From Alphaproteobacteria bacterium UBA3760 (GTDB taxonomy: Bacteria; Pseudomonadota; Alphaproteobacteria; Rs-D84): 64,000 nt of DNA. The stretch spans positions 740 to 64,739 of the forward strand of contig DFGC01000010.1 of the NCBI GenBank assembly GCA_002371155.1. Reading direction: 5' to 3'. This document shows, piece by piece, positions 12,464-20,622 of the stretch. Made by a program: the position numbers and the translations under genes. Position 1 is the stretch's first letter; each line of letters starts with the position of its first letter. The notes under the pieces were generated by a model. It made no database searches. It was not told the DNA's origin and saw only the letters and a list, made by a program, of their open reading frames with translations.

Positions 12464-14851
12464 TCAGTTTACATCAAATGGGGGAAAACAATCGCCACCG
12501 TTATCCGGGCAACAATTAAACCCTTGGTCGCCCATATCGGTATATGTTTCGCCCGGACAGCATCCGTATTGATCGGGTGCAACGCCGTCGCAGTCCAATC
12601 CAGGAACCGCCACTTCCTGGACAGACGAATTTGTTTTTTCAAATGGATTTTTGATATTTCCATTTTCATCATATTGCAATCCCAAAATATCTTTATTGTA
12701 TGCATTGGTTTGTTCTTCTGTGCGGTTGTCGGCCGTTCCATATGTGTTTTGGAAAGCCTGTTGTTGACTGTTATAATACGCATCATATTTGGCCTGGTTT
12801 ATCGCTTGATAATTTTGCGATTGGCAATACGCCAAAACTGTTCTGTAATCATATCCCGCATTTGATATATCCAACGCCTTGTTTGAATCAACCGTCCATA
12901 CACCCTTGGAATCTTGGACACAATATTGTCCCAGATTAAACGAACGCACCTGACCGGTCCACGACGGGTCATTTAAATTTACGTCTATTTTGTTATTTAC
13001 ATCGGACCATTTACGACGCGTTTGTTCATTGTATGGGTGAAATGCGCATTTTTTACCCTCGTTTTCATCGCCACATGTTGCAATCAAATCGACCGGCGAA
13101 TACACCGTAATACGCGTTCCTGCCGCAATAGAAAACGGTGGCACGGTATTATCCAACGCATCCACAATCAGTTTTTGTGCGACCTGATTCCATGCAGAAA
13201 TAACCTCATTTTTTGCCAATTCAGACGAACGCACCGTTCCCGATTGCACAACGGTATTATTGTCCAAATCAATCTGATTTACAAATGTATCCGCAATTGG
13301 TGCAATCATATTCACCGCCGCCGGTATAATGGCGGTCAACAACGGCATAACCATTTGTTCGATATAATCGGTACTGCCATATCCGGGAACACCAACACGA
13401 CCCTGGGAATCACCAGAATACGGGTCTTGGTCTTTATCGAAATTAAATTCAACGCCATCTGGACGAATAAATTGATACCAATTTATTTGCATACGACCAA
13501 TTGTTTTATATGGTCCCGGCAATTCACCTTTTAGATACCCCAACAACAATGTTCCTGTCGGCAAAATTATCGTGCGCCCATTATCAGAATAAACATTTCT
13601 GTCCACCGTTGCACGAACCGGAATACCGCCACCATCACATTTGGTTTTGCCATTTTCGGTTTTGCAACCATAAATCGATGGGTCGGCGCGAACCTCGGAT
13701 ACAATTGTCGCCGGAATTGGTTTGAATTGGCGCAATATAAATGTGCGGTCATACGGACGCGATGAATACACGGATTCCGCCCCCTGGGCAGACCCCTGTA
13801 ATGCTTTTTTGTCGACTTCATTTGTTTTGAAATGCATACCCGCTGTACCGGATTCTTTGACAAATGTTCCCTTTAAATTTCCCATACCGTTTAATTTGCC
13901 ACCCGACACCGCCGCACCGCGCACAGCAACCGCCGACGGCTTTGATTTTAATGCCGGCACAGTATTTTCATCAAAACTCAATTTTATATGGTCGGCATCG
14001 GTTCCGATTTTGCGCCCAGATTCATCGGTTATAATCCCGGTATCTGGATTATAAATCCCCGTTGGATTATTGCAGTCAACATCAGAATACGGATGGAATT
14101 CATACCGACCACCATTTGGTTTTATCCAACCAATTTGCACACCCGACACATTATACCCCGGCATGGCAAAATCCGAACACCGTTCCGCCCGACGAAATAC
14201 CGGTTCGGGTTCTGGCAAATCTTGTCTGAAAATATTGTCGCCCGCACCGATAACGCCACTGTTGTTCGGTTGACTTGGTGTGGGGATGTCTGAAAAATCA
14301 ATATCCGGTTCTGATTCCACCGGCACAGGTTGCGCAACAACGGGGGCCTTGGTGCTGACCGGGATAATGATACTTGTGCTTTGTGGGTTTATTTCACGCG
14401 AATCACCCATATCATGCCATTCAACAACCAAAATAACATCACCCGCCGCATCGGTATCTTTTGGGGCAAATGCCACATCAATTTTGCACGCAATATCTTG
14501 ATTCACAGGTTGATTTTTGCAACCCGATGTTTGTGCCGAAAACCCAGGCACCGTTTTTTGCACCATAACCGAATCGATAACCACATTATCAGACGCACTG
14601 ATTTTGAAAACCTGTTTTGCCTTTTCGCCAATTTCCGTATCAGAAAAATCTGCATCACGCGGAACAATATTTAATTCAACGATTCGATTTTGTTGCACCG
14701 TTTGGACATCAGGCGTTTTTTTCTTGTGCATCAGTAAAAACAGTAAAACCAACACGACAACAAATGCGACCGCCAACAACATCCAACGGACATTGCGTGG
14801 CGTTGCATCAAATGTTTCCTTGAATTTGCCGGTTATAGTATTATTCGCCAT
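12464..14851 (-). CDS. virB10: VirB10/TrbI-family protein with extended N-terminal region and Cys-rich C-terminal tail
   Basis: TM segment (WMLLAVAFVVVLVLLFLL), Pro-rich linker (PVVAQPVPVESEPDIDFSDIPTPSQP) and a TrbI-like barrel core (IPVRATVDRNVYSDNGRTIILPTGTLLLGY ... GRMQINWYQFIRPDG ... DSQGRVGVPGY ... AAGTRITVY). A further 206 aa with many Cys follow the core. Confidence 0.82.
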   Translation of the reverse strand: MANNTITGKFKETFDATPRNVRWMLLAVAFVVVLVLLFLLMHKKKTPDVQTVQQNRIVELNIVPRDADFSDTEIGEKAKQVFKISASDNVVIDSVMVQKTVPGFSAQTSGCKNQPVNQDIACKIDVAFAPKDTDAAGDVILVVEWHDMGDSREINPQSTSIIIPVSTKAPVVAQPVPVESEPDIDFSDIPTPSQPNNSGVIGAGDNIFRQDLPEPEPVFRRAERCSDFAMPGYNVSGVQIGWIKPNGGRYEFHPYSDVDCNNPTGIYNPDTGIITDESGRKIGTDADHIKLSFDENTVPALKSKPSAVAVRGAAVSGGKLNGMGNLKGTFVKESGTAGMHFKTNEVDKKALQGSAQGAESVYSSRPYDRTFILRQFKPIPATIVSEVRADPSIYGCKTENGKTKCDGGGIPVRATVDRNVYSDNGRTIILPTGTLLLGYLKGELPGPYKTIGRMQINWYQFIRPDGVEFNFDKDQDPYSGDSQGRVGVPGYGSTDYIEQMVMPLLTAIIPAAVNMIAPIADTFVNQIDLDNNTVVQSGTVRSSELAKNEVISAWNQVAQKLIVDALDNTVPPFSIAAGTRITVYSPVDLIATCGDENEGKKCAFHPYNEQTRRKWSDVNNKIDVNLNDPSWTGQVRSFNLGQYCVQDSKGVWTVDSNKALDISNAGYDYRTVLAYCQSQNYQAINQAKYDAYYNSQQQAFQNTYGTADNRTEEQTNAYNKDILGLQYDENGNIKNPFEKTNSSVQEVAVPGLDCDGVAPDQYGCCPGETYTDMGDQGFNCCPDNGGDCFPPFDVN

Positions 14852-14880
14852 ATCTCAATCCATTTATTATAAATTCCAAA

Positions 14881-16392
14881 TTACTGTATTCTGACAACGC
14901 GACATCCGGAAACCTGGAATTTCATCAGTTTATCGCATAATGTTTGTGCCGTATCAATATCTTCGATTGGGCCGATACGCAATCTGTATAAACGCGCCGC
15001 CGATGCGTTTGAACCTAAATCGCCAACACCTTGTTCATCAACCGCATAAAACACTTTGTTTTGATACGGTGTCAACAAACCCGAACCATTGTCGCCACTG
15101 AATTTTGCCAATAATTCAGACCAATAATCGTCCAAAGCCTTGACCGATGTGTCGGACGCAAATTCAACCGCCACCCCCGATTGGTTTGATGAAATCAGTG
15201 GTATATTTGTTTGTGGCAAATATGACCCGGCGGTATCACGACTGGTTGGAATCATATATGGTGTACCCGATGCCGCACGCGCAGGTTGTGCGGGGGCCTG
15301 ATACCCAGCGGGGATATAAACACCATTGCCATACATATTTTGCGTGTTTGACATATAGATTGGTGTGCCGGTGTAATCCATAACCGACGCATTCATTGCC
15401 GCCGTATCATCCGCATATGCAATGTTGTTCAACGATTGACCAGACATCATACTCTGCGCAACATTCGCCTCGGCCAAAGCCATAACCGATGCCGTGTCGG
15501 CAATCAAGAACGGTTTTTCGCGTTTTTTAATGCAAACAATGCGTTGACCACTACGCAAAACCATATCGCCCACCGCTTCGACAATCAGCAATCTGCCGTC
15601 TTGACCATCGGTGCGGAAACCGACCGGCGATTCGCCACCTTCGATTAAAAGTGATACGACCGGACGCTGTGTCATTGCGATAACTTTGTCGCCAAAGTCA
15701 ATATATGTGAAAATCTTGTCGCGCCACACGCGTTCAGGTGCAATTACATAATCGTCCGGATTTGGAACAAAAATATCCAAATCAAATCTGAATTCAGACG
15801 GGTCAATTTTCATAGATTTAATCCACGCATAATCTTCGCCATCAACACCAACGGTATTCGATGCCGGTGCCGCCTTTTTGAATATAGAATTCATTCCGCC
15901 CGATGTCCGCGCAGATGTTGCCCCGCCATTGGATATTGTTGCGCCATTATCCAAAACAACATCAACCTGGGAATAAGAAATTTCGGACGAATCTATACCA
16001 GAACTGGTTAAATAGAATATGTATTTATTTCCCGATTGTCCCGTCACAATCATATTTGTATCCGATTCGGTTGCCTCAATCGGGGTTATATATAATGTTT
16101 TGTCGCCCTGGGTTGCCTCGATTTGGAACAAAGATTGGTCGCCCACCACCGCGTCGGCAATTTGTTCACCGTTTGGCAATGTGACCATGGTCACCATACC
16201 ATTACGCAATTTTAATGGTAAAACAGTCCCCTTGGACCATGCCAGTTGCGCATATCCCGGTTTAATACTGCCCGATGCCATATTTGCATTTGGATTTTCC
16301 CATGCGCGCTGAATTCCCGCACCATACGCCACCCCCACAGATGATAACGCAATCATGCAAATCAACCCATTCAATCTCAAAAATCTAAGCAT
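14881..16392 (-). CDS. virB9: VirB9/CagX/TrbG-family protein fused to a C-terminal SPOR-like domain
   Basis: Signal peptide. N-domain: LPLKLRNGMVTMVTLPNGEQIADAVVGD ... TNMIVTGQSGNKYIFYL. C-domain: VWRDKIFTYIDFGD ... GFRTDGQDGRLLIVEAVGDMVLRSGQRIVCI. The tail VAVEFASDTSVKALDDYWSELLAKF ... LYRLRIGPIEDIDTAQTLCDKLMKFQVSGCRVVRI matches the SPOR pattern. Confidence 0.8.
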   Translation of the reverse strand: MLRFLRLNGLICMIALSSVGVAYGAGIQRAWENPNANMASGSIKPGYAQLAWSKGTVLPLKLRNGMVTMVTLPNGEQIADAVVGDQSLFQIEATQGDKTLYITPIEATESDTNMIVTGQSGNKYIFYLTSSGIDSSEISYSQVDVVLDNGATISNGGATSARTSGGMNSIFKKAAPASNTVGVDGEDYAWIKSMKIDPSEFRFDLDIFVPNPDDYVIAPERVWRDKIFTYIDFGDKVIAMTQRPVVSLLIEGGESPVGFRTDGQDGRLLIVEAVGDMVLRSGQRIVCIKKREKPFLIADTASVMALAEANVAQSMMSGQSLNNIAYADDTAAMNASVMDYTGTPIYMSNTQNMYGNGVYIPAGYQAPAQPARAASGTPYMIPTSRDTAGSYLPQTNIPLISSNQSGVAVEFASDTSVKALDDYWSELLAKFSGDNGSGLLTPYQNKVFYAVDEQGVGDLGSNASAARLYRLRIGPIEDIDTAQTLCDKLMKFQVSGCRVVRIQ

Positions 16393-16414
16393 CTTTCCTT
16401 CCTTTGTTCTTTTA

Positions 16415-17113
16415 TTATTCTTTTGATGCCCAATTTAACGGGTCATCGTCCAGAACACGCCCTTGGTTATCAATAACATCATATTCGATAACACGAATTC
16501 CCAATGGGTTTTCCATACGATCCGCCCATTTAACCGCACCCGCCGCCGTCGATTGTAATTTTACCCGCAATTTATACTGTTGTATATACTGTTGGTTTTT
16601 TAATGCCCCATATCGACAAATATATGTAAAATTCACCGTATATGTATCTTGGGCATTGGTTTGCGGCACGACATAGAATTTTTCAGGAAATTCCACATCG
16701 CATTTGATATTAAACGCCTCGTCTAAATCTTGACGGATGATATTTACCATATCGGTCATGGCAAATTTTCCAAACACCGCATCCGACGAACGGGTTTTGA
16801 CCGTGCCCGTTGGACTGTTTGCCCATTTTGCGCGCATAATCGCCAAATCAGGCACAATTTCGTTTCTTTCGCGCACATATTCGCGAATGAAATCGACCTT
16901 GTATTTTGTCAAATCCTGGGGTTTTGGCATTTCGGTCAGCGTCAATTCACGATTTTCCGTCATTTGCGTGGTCAAGAAAAACACCTGGGGGCGATTCAAC
17001 GGGAACATTTTATCCAGTGTTAAAACCAACACAAACAGCACGACCGACGCAACAGCCATGACAAACGTCATCAGACGAGATATTAAAATTGGCGGTTCTA
17101 TGCGGTCTTGCAC
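16415..17113 (-). CDS. virB8: VirB8-family protein
   Basis: A single N-terminal TM, then a periplasmic domain ending in the VirB8-type NPLG motif (RMENPLGIRVIEYDV). Start set at GTG 17113, which has GGGGGAG 7 nt upstream. The ORF-track start at 17170 is a TTG. Confidence 0.78.
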   Translation of the reverse strand: MQDRIEPPILISRLMTFVMAVASVVLFVLVLTLDKMFPLNRPQVFFLTTQMTENRELTLTEMPKPQDLTKYKVDFIREYVRERNEIVPDLAIMRAKWANSPTGTVKTRSSDAVFGKFAMTDMVNIIRQDLDEAFNIKCDVEFPEKFYVVPQTNAQDTYTVNFTYICRYGALKNQQYIQQYKLRVKLQSTAAGAVKWADRMENPLGIRVIEYDVIDNQGRVLDDDPLNWASKE

Positions 17114-17140
17114 AGTTTTTCTCCCCCTTGGATTATTTTG

Positions 17141-17170
17141 ATTGTAGACAAAATAAATATACCCGCGCAA
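17141..17170 (-). promoter_or_regulatory. Candidate sigma-70 promoter for the virB8-10 operon
   Basis: On the minus strand: TTGCGC, 18 nt, TACAAT. Located about 28 nt upstream of the GTG start. Confidence 0.35.
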
Positions 17171-17226
17171 GTAAAAAATACACGAATATTTAATTGAATA
17201 TTGAAAATGAATATCGAAAATTTCAC

Positions 17227-17255
17227 TTGCGCAAAGATAATTAAAAATTTATAAT
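17227..17255 (+). promoter_or_regulatory. Candidate sigma-70 promoter for tRNA-Trp/secE block
   Basis: TTGCGC, 17 nt, TATAAT. Located about 80 nt upstream of tRNA-Trp. Confidence 0.4.
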
Positions 17256-17337
17256 ATTTTCACTTGATTTTTATTATGCGTGTGCTAGCCTTGTCAAGAA
17301 TATCGGTTGTATCGCGCGTAAAAATCGGTTTCTATTC

Positions 17338-17411
17338 AGGGGCTTAGTTCAACGGTAGAATATCGGTCTCCAAAACCGCGGATAAGGGTTCGATTCCTTT
17401 AGCCCCTGCCA
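17338..17411 (+). tRNA. trnW: tRNA-Trp (anticodon CCA)
   Basis: Cloverleaf: AGGGGCT acceptor, anticodon loop CTCCAAA, T-loop TTCGATT, encoded CCA end. It has one U-C mismatch at the top of the anticodon stem. The position upstream of secE-nusG is classical. Confidence 0.85.
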
Positions 17412-17492
17412 AAATACCGGCAAACCAAGGGTGAACCCGGGTTTTTTTACCTGTGATATGCCGTGTGGTCATGACAAACAAGTGGTTGCTGA

Positions 17493-17672
17493 ATGAAAAA
17501 AATATTGGAATATATAAAATCTGTTCGTGCCGAATGGTTCAAAATTGTTTGGCCGTCGCGCGATACGGTTGTTCGTTCTACTATAATGATTTTGGTTTTT
17601 TCCGGGTTGGCGGCACTGTTTTTCTTTGTCGTGGACAGTATTCTGAACGCGTTGATGAACTGGATTTTCTAA
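17493..17672 (+). CDS. secE: Preprotein translocase subunit SecE
   Basis: A 59-aa ORF absent from the track: MKKILEYIKSVRAEWFKIVWPSRDTVVRSTIMILVFSGLAALFFFVVDSILNALMNWIF. This is the typical single-TM SecE, sited between tRNA-Trp and nusG. Confidence 0.85.
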   Translation: MKKILEYIKSVRAEWFKIVWPSRDTVVRSTIMILVFSGLAALFFFVVDSILNALMNWIF

Positions 17673-17694
17673 CAAATACCAAAGGATACATGAA

Positions 17695-18228
17695 ATGGAA
17701 GATAAAATGCAATGGTTTGTTGTAAATGTTCATACCGGATGCGAGGACAAGGTTGCGCGTCAATTACGTGAACAAATTGATAAACGTCGTTTGAATGCTT
17801 ACTTTGGTGAAATTTTGGTCCCCACGCGTGAGGTTGCAGAAATCAAGGGCAACAAACGTGTTGTGTCTGAAAAAAAGTTTTTTCCTGGCTATATCGTTGT
17901 TCAAATGGTTTTGAATAACGAAACTTTTTCTTTGGTGAAACTGATGCCGTTGGTTGTTATGTTTTTGGGTGCAAAAAATAAACCAATCCCTGTCAGTGAA
18001 GAAGAGGCGCGCCGCCTGTTGAAACAGGTCGAAGAAGGTTCAACCGTTCCCGAAGATATTACATACGAGGTCGGGCAAGAGGTTCATGTTATCGATGGTC
18101 CGTTTTCTGGATTTAATGGTATTATTTCCGAGGTTGATAATGTGAAACAAAAAATGAACGTGACCGTGTTGGTGTTTGGTCGCGAAACGGGAATGGAACT
18201 GGATTACAGCCAGGTCGAAAGGGTTTAA
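17695..18228 (+). CDS. nusG: Transcription termination/antitermination factor NusG
   Basis: NGN domain (QWFVVNVHTGCEDKV) and KOW motif (GQEVHVIDGPFSGFNGIISEV). AAGGA lies 8 nt upstream. Confidence 0.95.
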   Translation: MEDKMQWFVVNVHTGCEDKVARQLREQIDKRRLNAYFGEILVPTREVAEIKGNKRVVSEKKFFPGYIVVQMVLNNETFSLVKLMPLVVMFLGAKNKPIPVSEEEARRLLKQVEEGSTVPEDITYEVGQEVHVIDGPFSGFNGIISEVDNVKQKMNVTVLVFGRETGMELDYSQVERV

Positions 18229-18316
18229 CCCGAACATATCGGGCTAAAAAAAACGCCGTGGTAGATGGCCATATCGTACCACGGGATTACTTAAAATAAA
18301 AAAGAGGTAAAACAAA

Positions 18317-18748
18317 ATGGCAAAAAAAGAAGTCAAAGGGATAGTTAAACTGGTTGTCCCTGCAAAACAAGCAAACCCAGCGCCACCAATCGGGCCGGCT
18401 TTGGGTGCGGCGGGTGTGAATATCGCCGAATTCTGCAAACAATTTAATGACAAAACAGCCGATAAAAAACCTGGAATGCCGATTCCATGTATAATCACTG
18501 TTTATACAGACCGCAGTTTCGAATTTATTATGAAATTGCCACCTGTGTCATATTTGATTAAAGAGGCTCTAAAGGCTAAAATTGGTTCTCACAAGCCTGG
18601 TCGTGAATTTATTGGAACATTGAATAAATCGCAAATCAAAGAAATTGCTGAATTTAAAATGCCTGATTTGAATTGCTCTACCATTGAATCTGCGATGAAT
18701 ATCGTTGCGGGTCAGTGCCGTTCTATGGGCGTCAAGGTGGAGGATTAA
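18317..18748 (+). CDS. rplK: 50S ribosomal protein L11
   Basis: MAKKEVKGIVKLVVPAKQANPAPPIGPALGAAGVNIAEFCKQFN is canonical L11. Confidence 0.97.
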   Translation: MAKKEVKGIVKLVVPAKQANPAPPIGPALGAAGVNIAEFCKQFNDKTADKKPGMPIPCIITVYTDRSFEFIMKLPPVSYLIKEALKAKIGSHKPGREFIGTLNKSQIKEIAEFKMPDLNCSTIESAMNIVAGQCRSMGVKVED

Positions 18749-18750
18749 TC

Positions 18751-19425
18751 ATGAAACAGACAAAAAAACAAAAAACAATGATGGCATTGGATAAAACCAA
18801 GGTTTATTCCATCGCCGATGCAATTGACGCTTTGCGTGAATATTGTTCCAAAAAATTTGATGAAACATTGGAAATTTCTGTGCGTTTGGGCATTGATGTG
18901 ACAAAAAATGACCAAAATATTCGTGGAATGTTGTCATTACCAAACGGAACCGGCAAAACCGTTCGCGTTGCTGTCTTTACTGAAAACAGCCAAGACGATG
19001 CAAAAAAGGCGGGTGCCGATGTTGTTGGTGGCGAAGATTTAATCGCCCGTGTGTTGGACGGTAATATTGATTTTGATCGTGTTATCGCAACACCGGATAT
19101 GATGCCAAAAATGTCGAAAGTTGCACGCGTTTTGGGTCCCAAGGGCTTGATGCCGAATCCAAAATTAGGAACGGTCACAACCAATGTTGCCGATGCGGTT
19201 AAAACTGCCAAGGCTGGACAAATTGAATACCGTGCTGATAAAAGTGGTATTGTTCACGCGGGTGTTGGCAAAATGTCATTCGAAACATCTAAATTGGTTG
19301 AAAACGTAAACGCATTGATTGACCAATTGAAAAAGGTTAAACCTGCATCGTCCAAGGGTCAATATATCCTGGGATGCAGCATCGCAACAACCCAAGGCGC
19401 TGGCCTGAAAGTTGATGTGAAATAA
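18751..19425 (+). CDS. rplA: 50S ribosomal protein L1
   Basis: Start set at ATG 18751, after GGTGGAGGA. L1 motifs are present (LPNGTGKTVRVAVF, GPKGLMPNPKLGTVT). Confidence 0.95.
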   Translation: MKQTKKQKTMMALDKTKVYSIADAIDALREYCSKKFDETLEISVRLGIDVTKNDQNIRGMLSLPNGTGKTVRVAVFTENSQDDAKKAGADVVGGEDLIARVLDGNIDFDRVIATPDMMPKMSKVARVLGPKGLMPNPKLGTVTTNVADAVKTAKAGQIEYRADKSGIVHAGVGKMSFETSKLVENVNALIDQLKKVKPASSKGQYILGCSIATTQGAGLKVDVK

Positions 19426-19607
19426 TATTTGCGGGCACGCGTTTTGTGTGTCCGCAATGGAAATTTCTGTCCAAGACTGATGGTGTGGCAACACTTAATT
19501 TCCATCATAGACAAAGACAATTCTTTGGGGCAGGAAGAACAAGCCCCACCCATGGCAACATGGATGGATAAGTTAAACAAAAAAACAGAAGAAGTAAGGG
19601 TATATAG
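19426..19607 (+). promoter_or_regulatory. Structured rplJ leader (candidate L10-L12 autoregulatory leader)
   Basis: A 182-nt untranslated spacer with strong hairpins (ATGGAAATT...AATTTCCAT; GGGGC...GCCCC), in the position of the known L10 leader. Confidence 0.45.
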
Positions 19608-20087
19608 ATGAGACGCGAAGAAAAATCAGATTTGATTTCATCGTTGCAGTCATCATTGAAATCCGCAAACGGTGTTTTCGTTATTGAAAACCACGGTTTG
19701 ACTGTGCGTGAAATGGAAACATTGCGCAATGAATTACGTCCATTGGTGTCGTTGTTCAAGGTTGTCAAAAACCGTTTGATGAAATTGGCTTTGGCTGATA
19801 CCGATTTCGCACCTGTATCCGACATGATGAAACGTCCAACGGCGGTTGCAATTGCAACAGACGCATTGGCGGTCACCAAAGTTTTGGCAAAATTCGCAGA
19901 TGAACATCCGAATTTGACAATCGTTGGTGGAAAAATGGACGCGGATGTATTGGGTGTTGATGACATCGTGCAATTATCCAAGCTTCCTTCCCTGTTGGAA
20001 ATTCGTTCAACAATTGCGCGTATATTGGTCGAACCTGCATCGCGTTTGGCACGTGTTTCCGCAGAGTATGGAAAAAAAGAAAATTAA
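19608..20087 (+). CDS. rplJ: 50S ribosomal protein L10
   Basis: 159 aa in the L10 position, with the expected pattern (VFVIENHGLTVREMETLRNELR). Confidence 0.93.
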   Translation: MRREEKSDLISSLQSSLKSANGVFVIENHGLTVREMETLRNELRPLVSLFKVVKNRLMKLALADTDFAPVSDMMKRPTAVAIATDALAVTKVLAKFADEHPNLTIVGGKMDADVLGVDDIVQLSKLPSLLEIRSTIARILVEPASRLARVSAEYGKKEN

Positions 20088-20115
20088 ATAAAAACTCAGA
20101 GCAAGGAGTAATAAA

Positions 20116-20481
20116 ATGGCAGACATTCAAAAATTAGTTGAAGAATTGTCAAAATTGACTGTTATGGAAGCAGTTGAACTGTCCAAAGCATTGGAAGAAA
20201 CATGGGGCGTCAGTGCGGCGGCCGCGGTTGCGGTTGCTGCGGGTCCGGCGGCGGCGGCGGCTGAAGAAAAAACAGAATTTGATGTTGTTTTGGCCGAGGC
20301 CGGTGCAAACAAATTGGCTGTTATCAAAGCGGTCAAAGACATCACAGGTTTGGGTTTGAGCGAAGCCAAGGCTTTGGTTGAATCTGCACCTAAGGCTGTC
20401 AAAGAAGGCGTTGCCAAAGAAGAAGCCGAAAAAATGAAGGCAACTTTGGAAGCCGCTGGCGCAAAAGTAGAAATGAAATAA
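20116..20481 (+). CDS. rplL: 50S ribosomal protein L7/L12
   Basis: N-terminal dimerisation helix, Ala-rich hinge, and C-terminal domain [24 protein letters not shown]. Confidence 0.97.
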   Translation: MADIQKLVEELSKLTVMEAVELSKALEETWGVSAAAAVAVAAGPAAAAAEEKTEFDVVLAEAGANKLAVIKAVKDITGLGLSEAKALVESAPKAVKEGVAKEEAEKMKATLEAAGAKVEMK

Positions 20482-20527
20482 TTTTTACAAAAATTGCTAA
20501 TCGCACAAACTTGCGATTCGTGTCCAT

Positions 20528-20555
20528 GCCCGCCGGAATTTTTTTCCAGGCGGGC
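20528..20555 (+). terminator. rplL-rpoB intergenic hairpin (attenuator-like)
   Basis: GCCCGCCGG / CCAGGCGGGC stem with a T-rich loop and no clear T-run after it. Located where a partial terminator is known in other bacteria. Confidence 0.45.
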
Positions 20556-20622
20556 GTTGGGCGAAAAATACATACGAAAAATTTCGTTTGCAAAACGCAC
20601 ATAAAAAAAAGGATTTATACCC

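Noticed and set aside
12314-12865. 183-aa plus-strand ORF
   Set aside because: It runs across the terminator at 12409-12446 and antisense into the virB10-like 3' region. It has no supporting signals.
17453-17725. 90-aa ORF from the track, between tRNA-Trp and nusG
   Set aside because: It is in the wrong frame. The translation has no SecE features, whereas the 59-aa frame at 17493-17672 gives a textbook SecE. The long ORF also runs into nusG.
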